A stretch of DNA of 64,000 bases, from assembly GCA_964369115.1 (NCBI GenBank), contig CAYJED010000001.1, forward strand, positions 67,732 to 131,731, written 5' to 3'. Shown here one piece after another: positions 1 to 9,842 of the stretch. The stretch comes from an uncultured Candidatus Saccharibacteria bacterium. Its GTDB lineage: Bacteria > Patescibacteriota > Minisyncoccia > Phycocordibacterales > UBA5272. The notes beneath the pieces were generated by a model. That model was given only the letters and a program-made list of their open reading frames with translations. It had not been told where the DNA came from and did not search any database. A program made the translations under genes and the position numbers. The first letter of the stretch is position 1. Each line of letters starts with the position of its first letter.

Positions 1-1669
1 AAAACGCTTCATGGGGCACTCATATTCAGATAAGGAGGTACAGTCAGACCTTCCTCGTGTTCCGTATGCAATCAAGAAGGGTGATAATGACGGCGTACTT
101 ATCACGCTCGGCGGTAAAGACTCTCGCCCAGAAGAAATTTCTGCGATGATTCTTCAGAAAATTAAAGCAGACGTAGAGGCAAAGCTTGGAGAGACTATCA
201 CAGAAGCGGTGATCACTGTCCCTGCATACTTCAATGACACTCAGCGTCAAGCAACAGTGGATGCTGGTAAAATCGCAGGGCTTGATGTAAAGCGTATTAT
301 TCCAGAACCAACAGCAGCTGCACTTGCGTACGGTTTTAATTCACAGAAAAATGAAAAGCTTGCGGTGTACGATTTCGGAGGAGGAACATTTGATATCTCT
401 ATTCTTGAAGTGGGTGACGGCGTGGTAGAAGTAAAGTCCGTAGACGGAGACTCTCATCTTGGTGGACGTGACATTGATCAGAAATTTGTGCAGCATATTG
501 CAGCAGAATTTAAGAAGGATCAAGGTATTGATATTACGGGAGACGCTCTCGCCCTTCAGCGTCTTGATGAGGCTGCAGAAAAAGCAAAGCATGAGCTTTC
601 AAGTCAGATGGAAACAGAAATCAACCTCCCGTTCATCACTTCAGGAGTAGATGGTCCAAAGCACCTTGTGATGAAAGTGACACGTGCACAGCTTGAAGAA
701 ATTGCAAAAGAATTTGTTGAGCGTTCAATTGAAATTACTAAACGCGCTCTCGAAAGCTCTCCATTCAAAAAAGAAGAAATTCATCAAATCATTATGGTGG
801 GAGGTCAGACTCGTATGCCAATGATTGTTGAAGCTGTTAAGAATCTCTTCGGTAAGGAGCCTAATCGTTCTATTAACCCAGATGAAGTAGTAGCGCTCGG
901 TGCTGCAGTGCAAGCTGGAGTGCTTCAAGGGGATCTCGGTAAAGATATTCTTCTCCTTGACGTGATCCCACTTTCGCTTGGTATCGAAACTATGGGAGGA
1001 GTGGCTACAAAGCTCGTAGAAAAAAATACTACTATTCCAGCATCTAAGTCACAGATATTCTCAACTGCAGCCGACAACCAAACATCTGTAGAAATTCACA
1101 TTACTCAAGGTGAACGTCCGCTTGCAGCTGACAACAAGTCACTTGGTCGCTTTATTCTAGATGGTATTCCACCAGCACCACGTGGCGTTCCTCAAGTGGA
1201 AGTAACATTTGATGTTGATGCTAACGGTATCTTACAAGTAAAAGCAAAAGATAAGACTTCAGGTAAGGAGCAGTCTATTCGTATCGAAGCATCATCTGGT
1301 CTTTCTGATGAAGATATTAAACGTATGCAACAAGATGCTGAAGCTCACGCTGAAGATGATAAAAAGAAGATGGAACTTATCGAAACTAAGAATCTTGCAG
1401 ATCAGATGGTACACACTTCAGAAAAAGCACTTAAGGATGCTGGTGATAAGGTATCTGATGACCTTAAGAAGGAAATCAGTGATGCTATCGAAGAAGTAAA
1501 GAAAGCTCGCGGTGGTGATGATAAGACGGCTATCGAAAGTGCAACACAAAAACTTTCTGAGGCTACTATGAAGATCGGTGAAGCTATGAAAACAGCAAAT
1601 GACAATGCTCAACCTGCTTCAGGGACAGAAGGAGAAGCTTCTCCAGAAAAAGGTGAAACAACTGCATAA
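1..1669 (+). CDS. dnaK: Molecular chaperone DnaK (Hsp70), 5' end cut by window edge
   Basis: ORF 11..1669 translates to the Hsp70 ATPase C-lobe plus substrate-binding domain (e.g. [18 protein letters not shown]-like GGGTFDIS, and the acidic [12 protein letters not shown] tail). The frame is open to position 2. Confidence 0.95.
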   Translation, partial: KRFMGHSYSDKEVQSDLPRVPYAIKKGDNDGVLITLGGKDSRPEEISAMILQKIKADVEAKLGETITEAVITVPAYFNDTQRQATVDAGKIAGLDVKRIIPEPTAAALAYGFNSQKNEKLAVYDFGGGTFDISILEVGDGVVEVKSVDGDSHLGGRDIDQKFVQHIAAEFKKDQGIDITGDALALQRLDEAAEKAKHELSSQMETEINLPFITSGVDGPKHLVMKVTRAQLEEIAKEFVERSIEITKRALESSPFKKEEIHQIIMVGGQTRMPMIVEAVKNLFGKEPNRSINPDEVVALGAAVQAGVLQGDLGKDILLLDVIPLSLGIETMGGVATKLVEKNTTIPASKSQIFSTAADNQTSVEIHITQGERPLAADNKSLGRFILDGIPPAPRGVPQVEVTFDVDANGILQVKAKDKTSGKEQSIRIEASSGLSDEDIKRMQQDAEAHAEDDKKKMELIETKNLADQMVHTSEKALKDAGDKVSDDLKKEISDAIEEVKKARGGDDKTAIESATQKLSEATMKIGEAMKTANDNAQPASGTEGEASPEKGETTA

Positions 1670-1694
1670 ATAAAATAAAAAAGTATAGTAAAAA

Positions 1695-1730
1695 TACCAC
1701 TACACATGGTGGTATTTTTGTACTTATACA
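1695..1730 (+). terminator. Rho-independent terminator after dnaK
   Basis: Hairpin aaaataccac/ggtggtatttt followed by a T-run. Confidence 0.5.
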
Positions 1731-1734
1731 AAAA

Positions 1735-1775
1735 CAAAAAACGCAGAGCTTCTCACGAAGCCCTGCGTTGCAGGT
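1735..1775 (-). terminator. Terminator for the minus-strand ORF 1753..2508
   Basis: On the minus strand: acgcagggcttcgtgagaagctctgcgt hairpin followed by tttttgttttt. Confidence 0.4.
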
Positions 1776-2508
1776 CTGAATTCAGACAGCCAATCTCTTC
1801 AAGGTATTTTCTTGCGATGAGTTGTTCTCCGCGCAGGTGTGCAGCAAAGTTATAACTATTTACGTATGCTGCTGCTCGCCGTAGCGGTGCACTAAACCGT
1901 GCGCGCCCGTTGTAGACATCAAAGGAAGGTTGACGTGAAGCAGGGAGACGAAGAGTGGGGATGTGAAGCTTGTATGCAATACGACTCATTTCTTTGTTAA
2001 ACAGTTCTAATAACCCGAAAATGAGTTTACTGCACGGATTTACATCGTTGTTCCACACTCCTTCCGAAATCCTTGCTCGATATTTAAGGTCGATAAAAGG
2101 ATCCTGAAAGATGAGTTCTTGTAACCTGCTTTGAATACGTTTGAACTTTCTTGATTCACGCATAAATTCTTCGTAGGTATACGGAGTTGCTGTTGCTTCA
2201 GCTACACCAACTTCCGTAGTAACTTCATCACCTAAAAATCTGTAAGCAAGAAAGAGGGCAGCCTGAGGAGTTGTTCCGTTAAGAGACAGAGCTTCTCTTT
2301 CCTTTTGAGAAATGAAGTAGTGAGGGGATTTATCCCATGCTTCCTTCAAAAAGTTTTTAGGAAAGGCTTTTCTTTCAACGGTAACTCCCTCAGGGATTAC
2401 AGAAGCGATGATCACTCGAAAGTTCTGTGGGTTTTCATCGTCAAACTCCACCATGAATCCATCTTCTCGTATCCTTGTTTGAAGAGGGTCAACAGCATAC
2501 AGTTTCAT
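1753..2508 (-). CDS. Hypothetical protein (251 aa) encoded antisense between dnaK and dnaJ
   Basis: Long ORF. The preferred start is MKLYAVDP at 2508, with a GGAGG Shine-Dalgarno (SD) about 7 nt upstream (minus-strand cggagg at 2515-2520). No recognisable family. Confidence 0.5.
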   Translation of the reverse strand: MKLYAVDPLQTRIREDGFMVEFDDENPQNFRVIIASVIPEGVTVERKAFPKNFLKEAWDKSPHYFISQKEREALSLNGTTPQAALFLAYRFLGDEVTTEVGVAEATATPYTYEEFMRESRKFKRIQSRLQELIFQDPFIDLKYRARISEGVWNNDVNPCSKLIFGLLELFNKEMSRIAYKLHIPTLRLPASRQPSFDVYNGRARFSAPLRRAAAYVNSYNFAAHLRGEQLIARKYLEEIGCLNSDLQRRAS

Positions 2509-2634
2509 CTCTTGCCTCCGAAGGTGTAAATTGGAAAGATCAACAGGGTTATATATAAATATACAATATATTTTACAAGTAGTCAATTTTAACTCTTTTA
2601 TTCTTAAAGTAAGTATGTTATAACATGTATATCT

Positions 2635-3720
2635 ATGACGAAAAATTATTATGATACGCTTGGTGTTAAAAAAGATGCCTCAAAAGACGAAATTAAGAAG
2701 GCCTTCTATAAACTTGCTGCAAAATATCATCCTGATAAAAAAGATGGAGATGAGGCGAAGTTTAAAGAAATCAATGAAGCTTATCAAACGCTTTCTGACG
2801 ATAAGAAACGTAAAGAATATGATACCTACGGACAAACCTTTAATGGACAAGGTCCGTTTGGTAATGGTTCTGGTTTCGGAGGTTTTGGAGGATTTAATCA
2901 AGGAGATTTCCAAGATATGCAATTTGATTTTGGTGATCTTGGTGACATCTTTGGTGATATGTTTGGGGGAGGTTTTGGTGGCTCACGTCCTAAACGTGGT
3001 CGCGATATTTCACTTGAAATCGATGTTCCGTTTACTGAGGCTGTATTTGGTACTGAGCGTAATGTGCTTATTTCAAAAGTTGCAACATGTGACACCTGTT
3101 CTGGAAAAGGGGCTCGTCCTGGAACTAAGATGAAGACATGTTCAACATGTAATGGTCAAGGAAAAGTTCATGATGTAAAACGAACATTCATGGGTAACTT
3201 CCAAACAGTAAACACCTGTAGTGCGTGTTACGGGGTAGGGCAAGTTCCTGAAGAGAAATGTTCTTCATGTAAAGGTCATGGCGTACTCAATAAGCGTGAA
3301 GAAATAAATATTGCAGTTCCTGCTGGTATTTCAAACGGTGAAATGATTCGTATGACTGGTATGGGTGAAGCTGTGCAGGGTGGTACAACAGGAGATCTTT
3401 ACGTTAAGATTAACGTTATCCCTCATAAGCTTTGGAAACGTGAAGGGAATGATCTTGTTATTACTCACGAAATTAAGCTTACTGATGCGCTTCTTGGAGC
3501 AAAGCATTCTATTGTGGGCCTTGATGGAGATATTTCATTTGAAATTACAGAAGGTGCTTCGACAGGAGAAGTGTTGCGTGTAAAAGGTCGCGGCGTGCCA
3601 CATCTTCATGAAAAAGGTAAACGAGGTGATGTGCTCATTAAGCTCCACATCAGGATGCCTAAAAAACTTTCGAAGAAGGCTGTTGCGTTTATCGAAGGAC
3701 TTAAAGAAGAAGGTCTCTAG
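2635..3720 (+). CDS. dnaJ: Molecular chaperone DnaJ (Hsp40)
   Basis: J-domain with HPD (KYHPDKK), a G/F-rich linker, and four CxxCxGxG zinc-finger repeats ([32 protein letters not shown]). Confidence 0.95.
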   Translation: MTKNYYDTLGVKKDASKDEIKKAFYKLAAKYHPDKKDGDEAKFKEINEAYQTLSDDKKRKEYDTYGQTFNGQGPFGNGSGFGGFGGFNQGDFQDMQFDFGDLGDIFGDMFGGGFGGSRPKRGRDISLEIDVPFTEAVFGTERNVLISKVATCDTCSGKGARPGTKMKTCSTCNGQGKVHDVKRTFMGNFQTVNTCSACYGVGQVPEEKCSSCKGHGVLNKREEINIAVPAGISNGEMIRMTGMGEAVQGGTTGDLYVKINVIPHKLWKREGNDLVITHEIKLTDALLGAKHSIVGLDGDISFEITEGASTGEVLRVKGRGVPHLHEKGKRGDVLIKLHIRMPKKLSKKAVAFIEGLKEEGL

Positions 3721-3721
3721 A

Positions 3722-3760
3722 ATATAAAAATCAGCACAATATGTGCTGATTTTTATATTT
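3722..3760 (+). terminator. Rho-independent terminator after dnaJ
   Basis: aaaaatcagcaca/gtgctgattttt hairpin plus T-run. Confidence 0.5.
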
Positions 3761-3822
3761 AGGAAAATTTGATAGTATACTTTTTAAAGTAGATCTTTAC
3801 AGTAAAGATAAGGAGACTTCTC

Positions 3823-4437
3823 ATGTCTGAAAGTCATTACGTTGGCAGGCAAAGTGAAATTGCAGAAAGTATTTTTAACAGAGAACGCCATGTCACAGAC
3901 CACCTTTCCCCGTCAGAGTTTGCTCAACTCCTAAGAATTAAAACTTCTTCATTAAGAACATTTGCCGTAGAAAGTGGAAGACTAAAACCTTACACTTACT
4001 ACATTGTACCTCCAGGACCTGAAATACACCCAGAGTTTGCTTTGTATCCAGCTGAAGACTTTTTGCATTTTTCTGTTTCTTTCCCCACAAAAGAAGAAAT
4101 GAAAAAGCTTGCTCAGTGTGAACACAAGAAAGCTAACAAAAGTCTAAGTTTTGCTTTTATTCTTGATAAGGTTTTTGAAAGAGAAATAGAGCGAGCATGT
4201 AACAACGTAAAACGTTATGAGTTTTGTCTTCGTCATCTTGACCTTCTTTGCAATATCAGCTATTCGGTTATCTTTGGAATGCTTCGGGATACCAATCAGA
4301 AAATGAGGTATTACAAAAAAGAAGCCGAGTGTTCACATAGTGCTGGTGGGGCAAGATTTTTTTGGACACTTTACCGCATTGCGCAAAGAGAAGTTTCTGT
4401 ACTTTTTAGTGAATTAGCCAAAAGAGGTTCCTTGTGA
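3823..4437 (+). CDS. Hypothetical protein (204 aa)
   Basis: ORF with AAGGAGA SD 8 nt upstream. No recognisable motifs. A terminator hairpin (aaaagaggttcc/gaacctctttttt) overlaps its 3' end. Confidence 0.5.
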   Translation: MSESHYVGRQSEIAESIFNRERHVTDHLSPSEFAQLLRIKTSSLRTFAVESGRLKPYTYYIVPPGPEIHPEFALYPAEDFLHFSVSFPTKEEMKKLAQCEHKKANKSLSFAFILDKVFEREIERACNNVKRYEFCLRHLDLLCNISYSVIFGMLRDTNQKMRYYKKEAECSHSAGGARFFWTLYRIAQREVSVLFSELAKRGSL

Positions 4438-4496
4438 ACCTCTTTTTTCTTGTGTAGAATACAAACATTTATATATAATTTAGATCTAAACAGCTT

Positions 4497-5909
4497 ATGC
4501 TTCCAGTTGCCATTCTTCTTTATACGCTTGTTATGGTTGCTATTGGTATCTATGCTGCACGTAAGGTAAAAAATTCTGAAGACTATGTGCTTGCAGGTCG
4601 CTCACTTCCTTTTTATATGGCGCTTGCTACTGTGTTTGCAACATGGTTTGGAAGTGAAAGTATTATGGGGGTAGGGAGTAAGTTTGCAGAAGGAGGTTTT
4701 TCAAACATCCTGGAAGATCCGTTTGGTGCCGCGCTATGTCTTATCATCGCCGGTATTTTTTTTAACAGAAAGTTATATCGACTTAAATTTCTTACAATTG
4801 GAGATTATTTTAAACATCGTTACAACTCAACAATTGCTATCTTTCTCTCGTCAGTTATCATCGTGAGTTATTTTGGATGGGTGGCTGCGCAATTCTTGGC
4901 GCTTGGTGTAGTGCTTCACACTATTATTCCAGCGCTTTCTGTGAGCTTATGGGTAGTGATTGCAGCAGGGGTGGTATCTCTCTATACCATTTTAGGTGGA
5001 ATGATTTCTGTTGCGCTTCATGACACGATACAGTCTGTCATTATTATTATTGGTCTTATTGCGGTGCTTGTTGCAGTGCTTCCGCTTGTTGGTGGCATTG
5101 AAGGATTTTCTTCTATTATTCCAGAAGGACATCTCAATATTCTTCCGACAGAAGCTGGGTTCTTGCCGTGGATTATGCTCTTTACTGCACTCATGACACA
5201 GGGATTTGGAAGTATTCCTCAACAGGATATTTATCAGCGTGCCATGAGTGCTCGTAATGAACGTGAAAGTATGTGGGCGTCAGTCTTAGGAGGAATCTTT
5301 TATTTCTGTATGGTAATGATTCCTATCTCAATTGCAATGATTGCGGCACATTTGTATCCAAATCTTTTACGTGAAGATTCTCAGCTTCTTATTACCACAC
5401 TTATTACAGAGCACACCAGTCCACTCCTTCAGATATTCTTCTTTGGGGCGCTTATCTCTGCGATTTTATCTACCGCCTCAGCTGCACTGTTGGCTCCCGC
5501 AACACTCCTTGCAGAAAATGTGATTAAACCGTTCTTTAGTGAGATGAACGATAAGGTACGCATGATACTTATTAAAGTTGGTATTGTTCTTGTGGCATTA
5601 GGTGCGGTCTTTCTTGCGTATAATCCAGACGCACACATTTATGAGCTTGTAGGGTCAGCGTACTCAGTGACACTTGTTGCAGGATTTATTCCGCTTGCAT
5701 TCGGGCTCTATGCTAAATGGGTCACAAGCTTTGGAGCATTTTTCTCTATTGTTTCTGGTATAACTTCCTGGCGTATTGCGGAAATGATAGGCACTGAAAT
5801 TCCTCCTACGTTTATTGGGTTTGTGGCATCGTTTATAGGCATTGTTCTTGGGACATATCTTGGTAAGTGGATTGATTACCTTGATACAAAGTACAAACGT
5901 GCAGCCTAA
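4497..5909 (+). CDS. Sodium:solute symporter family (SSF) transporter
   Basis: About 13 predicted TM segments. The N-terminal DYVLAGRSLPFYMALATVFATWFGSESIMGV motif is typical of SSF (PutP/OpuE/choline-type) transporters. Confidence 0.8.
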   Translation: MLPVAILLYTLVMVAIGIYAARKVKNSEDYVLAGRSLPFYMALATVFATWFGSESIMGVGSKFAEGGFSNILEDPFGAALCLIIAGIFFNRKLYRLKFLTIGDYFKHRYNSTIAIFLSSVIIVSYFGWVAAQFLALGVVLHTIIPALSVSLWVVIAAGVVSLYTILGGMISVALHDTIQSVIIIIGLIAVLVAVLPLVGGIEGFSSIIPEGHLNILPTEAGFLPWIMLFTALMTQGFGSIPQQDIYQRAMSARNERESMWASVLGGIFYFCMVMIPISIAMIAAHLYPNLLREDSQLLITTLITEHTSPLLQIFFFGALISAILSTASAALLAPATLLAENVIKPFFSEMNDKVRMILIKVGIVLVALGAVFLAYNPDAHIYELVGSAYSVTLVAGFIPLAFGLYAKWVTSFGAFFSIVSGITSWRIAEMIGTEIPPTFIGFVASFIGIVLGTYLGKWIDYLDTKYKRAA

Positions 5910-5937
5910 TACAGGTGTGCTATAATGATCCACTCAT

Positions 5938-6834
5938 ATGTCTAGTGGATCATTATTTTCATCGCTTCTCTCTGCAACATCTACCTCGATTACAGAGTCT
6001 GTACCACACGGGAAAGTACTTTTTGTGTGTATTTTGGTTGTAGCTATTTTTGAAACTATTCTTTATAGGTATAAGCTTGGAGTTCAAAAAGAATACTCAA
6101 AAAGAAAAACAGATATTCTTTCGTCTGAAGAAGCAGAAAAAGCTTCCCTCCAGTATTTTTCAAAACTTCATATTGTTGGTGTGGTTAGAGCGTGTTACTT
6201 CTTTGCGATTAGTATGACACTTATCAGTGCGTACAATATTCGTGCTTTTAGTTTCTTTGCGCTTGCATTTGGTGCGATTATTATTGCACTTCGTGATGTC
6301 ATCATTTCACTCCTTGCATATCCTCACGTGGTGCTTGGATACGATATCGGGGATGATATTTATGTAAACGGCGTGCTCGGTGAAATTGTGCGCATTAAAC
6401 CACTTTCTACACAGCTTGCCGGTAAAAATAAAAAAGGGGATTTTAATGGACGGCTTCATAATATTCCTAACTCAAGATTCCTTCTTGATATGGTAGAGCG
6501 TCAAGAAATTAAAAATTTAAGTTACAGAAAAAGTGAACTTGAAGTGCTCTTTGTTCCAGAGCAGTATAAGCATACATTTACGGCATGGCTGGAAGAACTT
6601 AAAGAAAAGTTAGACAGCATGTTGCGCAAACGTTCTCTTAAAGAAGTTGGTAACTTTAAAAGTCATGCTGGAATGCGCTATAAGCTTGACTACGACTACA
6701 ACGAAGATGGTTTTCTTATTGTTACTATTTCGTTTATTACAAGTGTAAAAAATGCCGCACTTAAAAAAGAAGAAATTGTATCATATGTCGAGTCTACAAA
6801 AATAAAACAAGAAGGGTTTAGTTTTAAAAAGTAA
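5938..6834 (+). CDS. Mechanosensitive ion channel, MscS family
   Basis: N-terminal TM helices followed by GDDIYVNGVLGEIVRIKPLSTQL...IPNSRFL, matching the MscS beta-domain signature (GDxIxVxGxxGxVxxIxLRxT...IPN). Confidence 0.7.
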   Translation: MSSGSLFSSLLSATSTSITESVPHGKVLFVCILVVAIFETILYRYKLGVQKEYSKRKTDILSSEEAEKASLQYFSKLHIVGVVRACYFFAISMTLISAYNIRAFSFFALAFGAIIIALRDVIISLLAYPHVVLGYDIGDDIYVNGVLGEIVRIKPLSTQLAGKNKKGDFNGRLHNIPNSRFLLDMVERQEIKNLSYRKSELEVLFVPEQYKHTFTAWLEELKEKLDSMLRKRSLKEVGNFKSHAGMRYKLDYDYNEDGFLIVTISFITSVKNAALKKEEIVSYVESTKIKQEGFSFKK

Positions 6835-6865
6835 CCATCTTCACTGTGATATACTTTGATTATCT

Positions 6866-7840
6866 ATGAAAAAAGTTCTCGTTTCAGGTATTCAATCAAG
6901 CGGTCGCATTCATATTGGAAATTACTTTGGTGCGATGCGCCAGAATATAGTGCTCTCACAATCGGATGAATTTGATGCGCATATTTTTATTGCGGATTAT
7001 CATTCGATGACTAGTCTTACTGATGCAGAAGCGCGTCGTAAAAGTAGTTTTGATCTTGCGTGTGCCTACCTTGCATGTGGTCTTGATTCATCTTCAGTCA
7101 CTTTTTTTAGACAATCAGATGTTCCTTCTCATACGGAGCTTGCTTGGATTCTTAACACAGTTACTCCAATGCCAATGCTCGAACTTGCGCATTCCTTTAA
7201 AGATAAACAGGCTCGTGGCCTTGAAGCAAATGTGGGACTCTTTACGTACCCGGTCCTTATGGCGGCAGACATTCTCATGTATAACGCTTCTGTTGTGCCT
7301 GTTGGAAAGGACCAGATTCAGCATATTGAAATGACACGTGAGATCGCGGGAAAGTTTAATCGAGCATATAACACTGAGGCATTCACTGTGCCACAGGAAT
7401 ATGTCATGACTGATGTAGCAATTGTTCCAGGAACTGATGGACAAAAGATGAGTAAGAGTTACGGTAACGTTATTCCACTTTTTGGAACTGACGAAGAAAT
7501 TAAACGTGCTGTTATAGGGGTAGTAACTGATAGTTCTCGTCCAGAGGATAAGAAGAGTCCAGACAGTAATAATATCTACAGAATTCATAAACTCTTTTTA
7601 AATGAAGAAGAAGATAAAGCGCTTCGCGCTCGTTATGAGGAAGGTGGTCTTTCATACAAAGAAGCAAAAGAAGCTTTGCTCGCGTCTATACTTACTTTTA
7701 TTGCTCCTATGCGAGAGAAGTATGAATACTATCAAAGTAATCCAGCCGAAGTAGAAGCTATTTTAGAAGAAGGGGGTAAAAAAGCTCGCGCAAAAGCAGA
7801 TGAAATGATGAAGCGGATTCGTCAGGTGGTAGGGCTATAA
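6866..7840 (+). CDS. trpS: Tryptophanyl-tRNA synthetase
   Basis: Class I aaRS with HIGH-like SGRIHIGNYFG and KMSKS (GQKMSKS). Length 324 aa fits TrpS. Confidence 0.9.
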   Translation: MKKVLVSGIQSSGRIHIGNYFGAMRQNIVLSQSDEFDAHIFIADYHSMTSLTDAEARRKSSFDLACAYLACGLDSSSVTFFRQSDVPSHTELAWILNTVTPMPMLELAHSFKDKQARGLEANVGLFTYPVLMAADILMYNASVVPVGKDQIQHIEMTREIAGKFNRAYNTEAFTVPQEYVMTDVAIVPGTDGQKMSKSYGNVIPLFGTDEEIKRAVIGVVTDSSRPEDKKSPDSNNIYRIHKLFLNEEEDKALRARYEEGGLSYKEAKEALLASILTFIAPMREKYEYYQSNPAEVEAILEEGGKKARAKADEMMKRIRQVVGL

Positions 7841-7881
7841 AATTTTGAATCTCTTTATGTTTTCTGGTATAGTGAGAAGAT

Positions 7882-9291
7882 ATGCGTACCTATACTAAAG
7901 ATATTTCACAATCTGTTGGACAAACTGTTACCCTAAAAACCTGGGTAGATGTTCGTCGTGATCAGGGGAAAATGGTATTTCTTGATCTTCGTGATGTTAC
8001 TGGGCGTGTGCAAGCCGTTGTACTTCCAAATCATACTGAAGCATTAGAAGTAGCTCAAAAGCTTCGCACTGAATGGGTGGTAGAAGTAGAAGGAATTGTG
8101 AACAAGCGCCCAGAAAGAAATATTAAGCAAGGGGTGCTTAATGGAGATGTGGAGCTTGAAGTAACTAAGATTACTGTGCTTAATGAAGCATCAACTCCAG
8201 CGTTTGATCTCTCCACTTCAGGATACGAAGTAGGGGAAGAAGTTCGTCTCGAGAAAAAGTACTTAGATCTTCGTCGTGCGCGTTTGCAGCGAAATATCAT
8301 CATGCGTCACAAGGTGATTAAGGTGGTACGTGATGAACTTGATGCGCAAAACTTTTTTGAAATAGAAACTCCACTTCTTACTAACCCAACACCAGAAGGA
8401 TCTCGTTCATACCTTGTGCCGTCACGTTTATGGCAAGGATCTTTCTATGCACTTCCACAGTCACCACAGCAGTATAAGCAGCTTCTCATGTCTGCTGGAT
8501 TTGAACGCTACTTCCAAATCGCTAAGTGTATGCGTGACGAAGACACTCGTGGAGATCGTCAGCCTGAGTTTACACAGATGGATCTTGAAATGAGTTTTGT
8601 AACTCGCGCGGAAGTGATGAAGATAAACGAAGAGCTTCTCATTAAGCTTGTAACAACCCTTTTCCCAGAGAAGAAAATTCAACAAGTGCCATTCCCTGTG
8701 CTTACCTATAAGGAAGCGATGGAAAAATATAATTCTGATAAGCCAGACCTTCGCGAAGATAAGAATGATCCAGATACCTTAGCATTTTGTTGGGTGGTAG
8801 ATTTTCCATTTTTTGAAAAAACTGGTGAAGATAACGTAGATGATACTGGTGAGTGGACATTTACTCATAATCCATTTTCTCGGCCAACAGATGAACACAT
8901 GACTAATCTCATGGAGAAGAAAAATATTGGAGACATTCTTACAACGCAATATGACGTAGCGCTTAACGGCTATGAAATAGGGGGTGGATCTATTCGTAAC
9001 CATAACCCAGAGGCACTCCGCAGAGTATTTGAAATTATGGGATACAGTCCGGAGCGTATCGAAAAAAACTTTGGTCACATGTTAGAAGCGCTCGGGTCAG
9101 GCACACCTCCTCACGGGGGTATCGCTTGGGGGCTTGATCGTCTCCTTATGATACTTCTTAATGAGCCGAACATTCGTGAAGTAATGGCGTTTCCAAAGAC
9201 AGGGGAAGGAAAAGATCTTCTCATGCAAGCTCCAGCTGAAGCATCACCAAAAACACTTCGTGAGCTCGGTATTGAAGTAAAGAAAAAGTAA
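7882..9291 (+). CDS. aspS: Aspartyl-tRNA synthetase (short form without GAD insertion)
   Basis: N-terminal OB fold, class II motifs QSPQQYKQLLMSAGFERYFQIAKCMRDEDTRGDRQPEFTQMDLEMSF, GGGSIRNH and GTPPHGGIAWGLDRL. At 469 aa it is shorter than typical bacterial AspRS. Confidence 0.9.
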   Translation: MRTYTKDISQSVGQTVTLKTWVDVRRDQGKMVFLDLRDVTGRVQAVVLPNHTEALEVAQKLRTEWVVEVEGIVNKRPERNIKQGVLNGDVELEVTKITVLNEASTPAFDLSTSGYEVGEEVRLEKKYLDLRRARLQRNIIMRHKVIKVVRDELDAQNFFEIETPLLTNPTPEGSRSYLVPSRLWQGSFYALPQSPQQYKQLLMSAGFERYFQIAKCMRDEDTRGDRQPEFTQMDLEMSFVTRAEVMKINEELLIKLVTTLFPEKKIQQVPFPVLTYKEAMEKYNSDKPDLREDKNDPDTLAFCWVVDFPFFEKTGEDNVDDTGEWTFTHNPFSRPTDEHMTNLMEKKNIGDILTTQYDVALNGYEIGGGSIRNHNPEALRRVFEIMGYSPERIEKNFGHMLEALGSGTPPHGGIAWGLDRLLMILLNEPNIREVMAFPKTGEGKDLLMQAPAEASPKTLRELGIEVKKK

Positions 9292-9307
9292 TTGTAATGA
9301 TTAAAAA

Positions 9308-9336
9308 GGTCCGCCAAAAGCGGGCTTTTTTAAGGT
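9308..9336 (+). terminator. Rho-independent terminator after aspS
   Basis: ccgcc-aaaa-gcggg hairpin followed by tttttt. Confidence 0.45.
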
Positions 9337-9362
9337 GTGTAAGTATTGCTTTTTTATAGAAT

Positions 9363-9749
9363 ATGTGGTATAATAATTTCATACCGTTCTCTCATTACAC
9401 CTTCCAAAAAGAGGAGATTCCTGTGACTATTGCTCGAATTGCACAGCTTGTTGTCGAAGATGGTGTTGGAACCATTTTCTGGGCTGACGGCACAAGCACT
9501 TCACTGATCAATACGAAAGAGCTTGGGCAGCACATTGTCCGAACTGCGCTTCAGGAAAAGAAAATTCATTCGGTCGAAGCTGAATATCTGCTCGCTGCGA
9601 TCAAAGAATCTTCCATTCTCACAGAAGCTGAACTACTGCTTGTCGAGGAGGGGCTGTCGGTGCTTAAAAAAATGGCAGAAGAGGGTGTTGTACTTCTTCC
9701 TAACTTCATTCCCGTAGGTGCTGTGCCTGACAAGAAAATGCTTCATTAA
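9363..9749 (+). CDS. Hypothetical protein (about 108-128 aa)
   Basis: ORF. An alternative GTG start at 9424 is preceded by AAGAGGAG. Local GC is higher than the surroundings. Flanked by terminators. Confidence 0.45.
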   Translation: MWYNNFIPFSHYTFQKEEIPVTIARIAQLVVEDGVGTIFWADGTSTSLINTKELGQHIVRTALQEKKIHSVEAEYLLAAIKESSILTEAELLLVEEGLSVLKKMAEEGVVLLPNFIPVGAVPDKKMLH

Positions 9750-9756
9750 AAGAATA

Positions 9757-9797
9757 AAGATCACATCGGCCGCCTCGAAGAGGCGGCCTGTATTTTT
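9757..9797 (+). terminator. Rho-independent terminator
   Basis: ggccgcctcgaagaggcggcc perfect hairpin followed by tgtattttta. Confidence 0.55.
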
Positions 9798-9842
9798 ATA
9801 AACCTGGTTGTTCTTTGCCTATATCTCTGGTATATATAGAGT

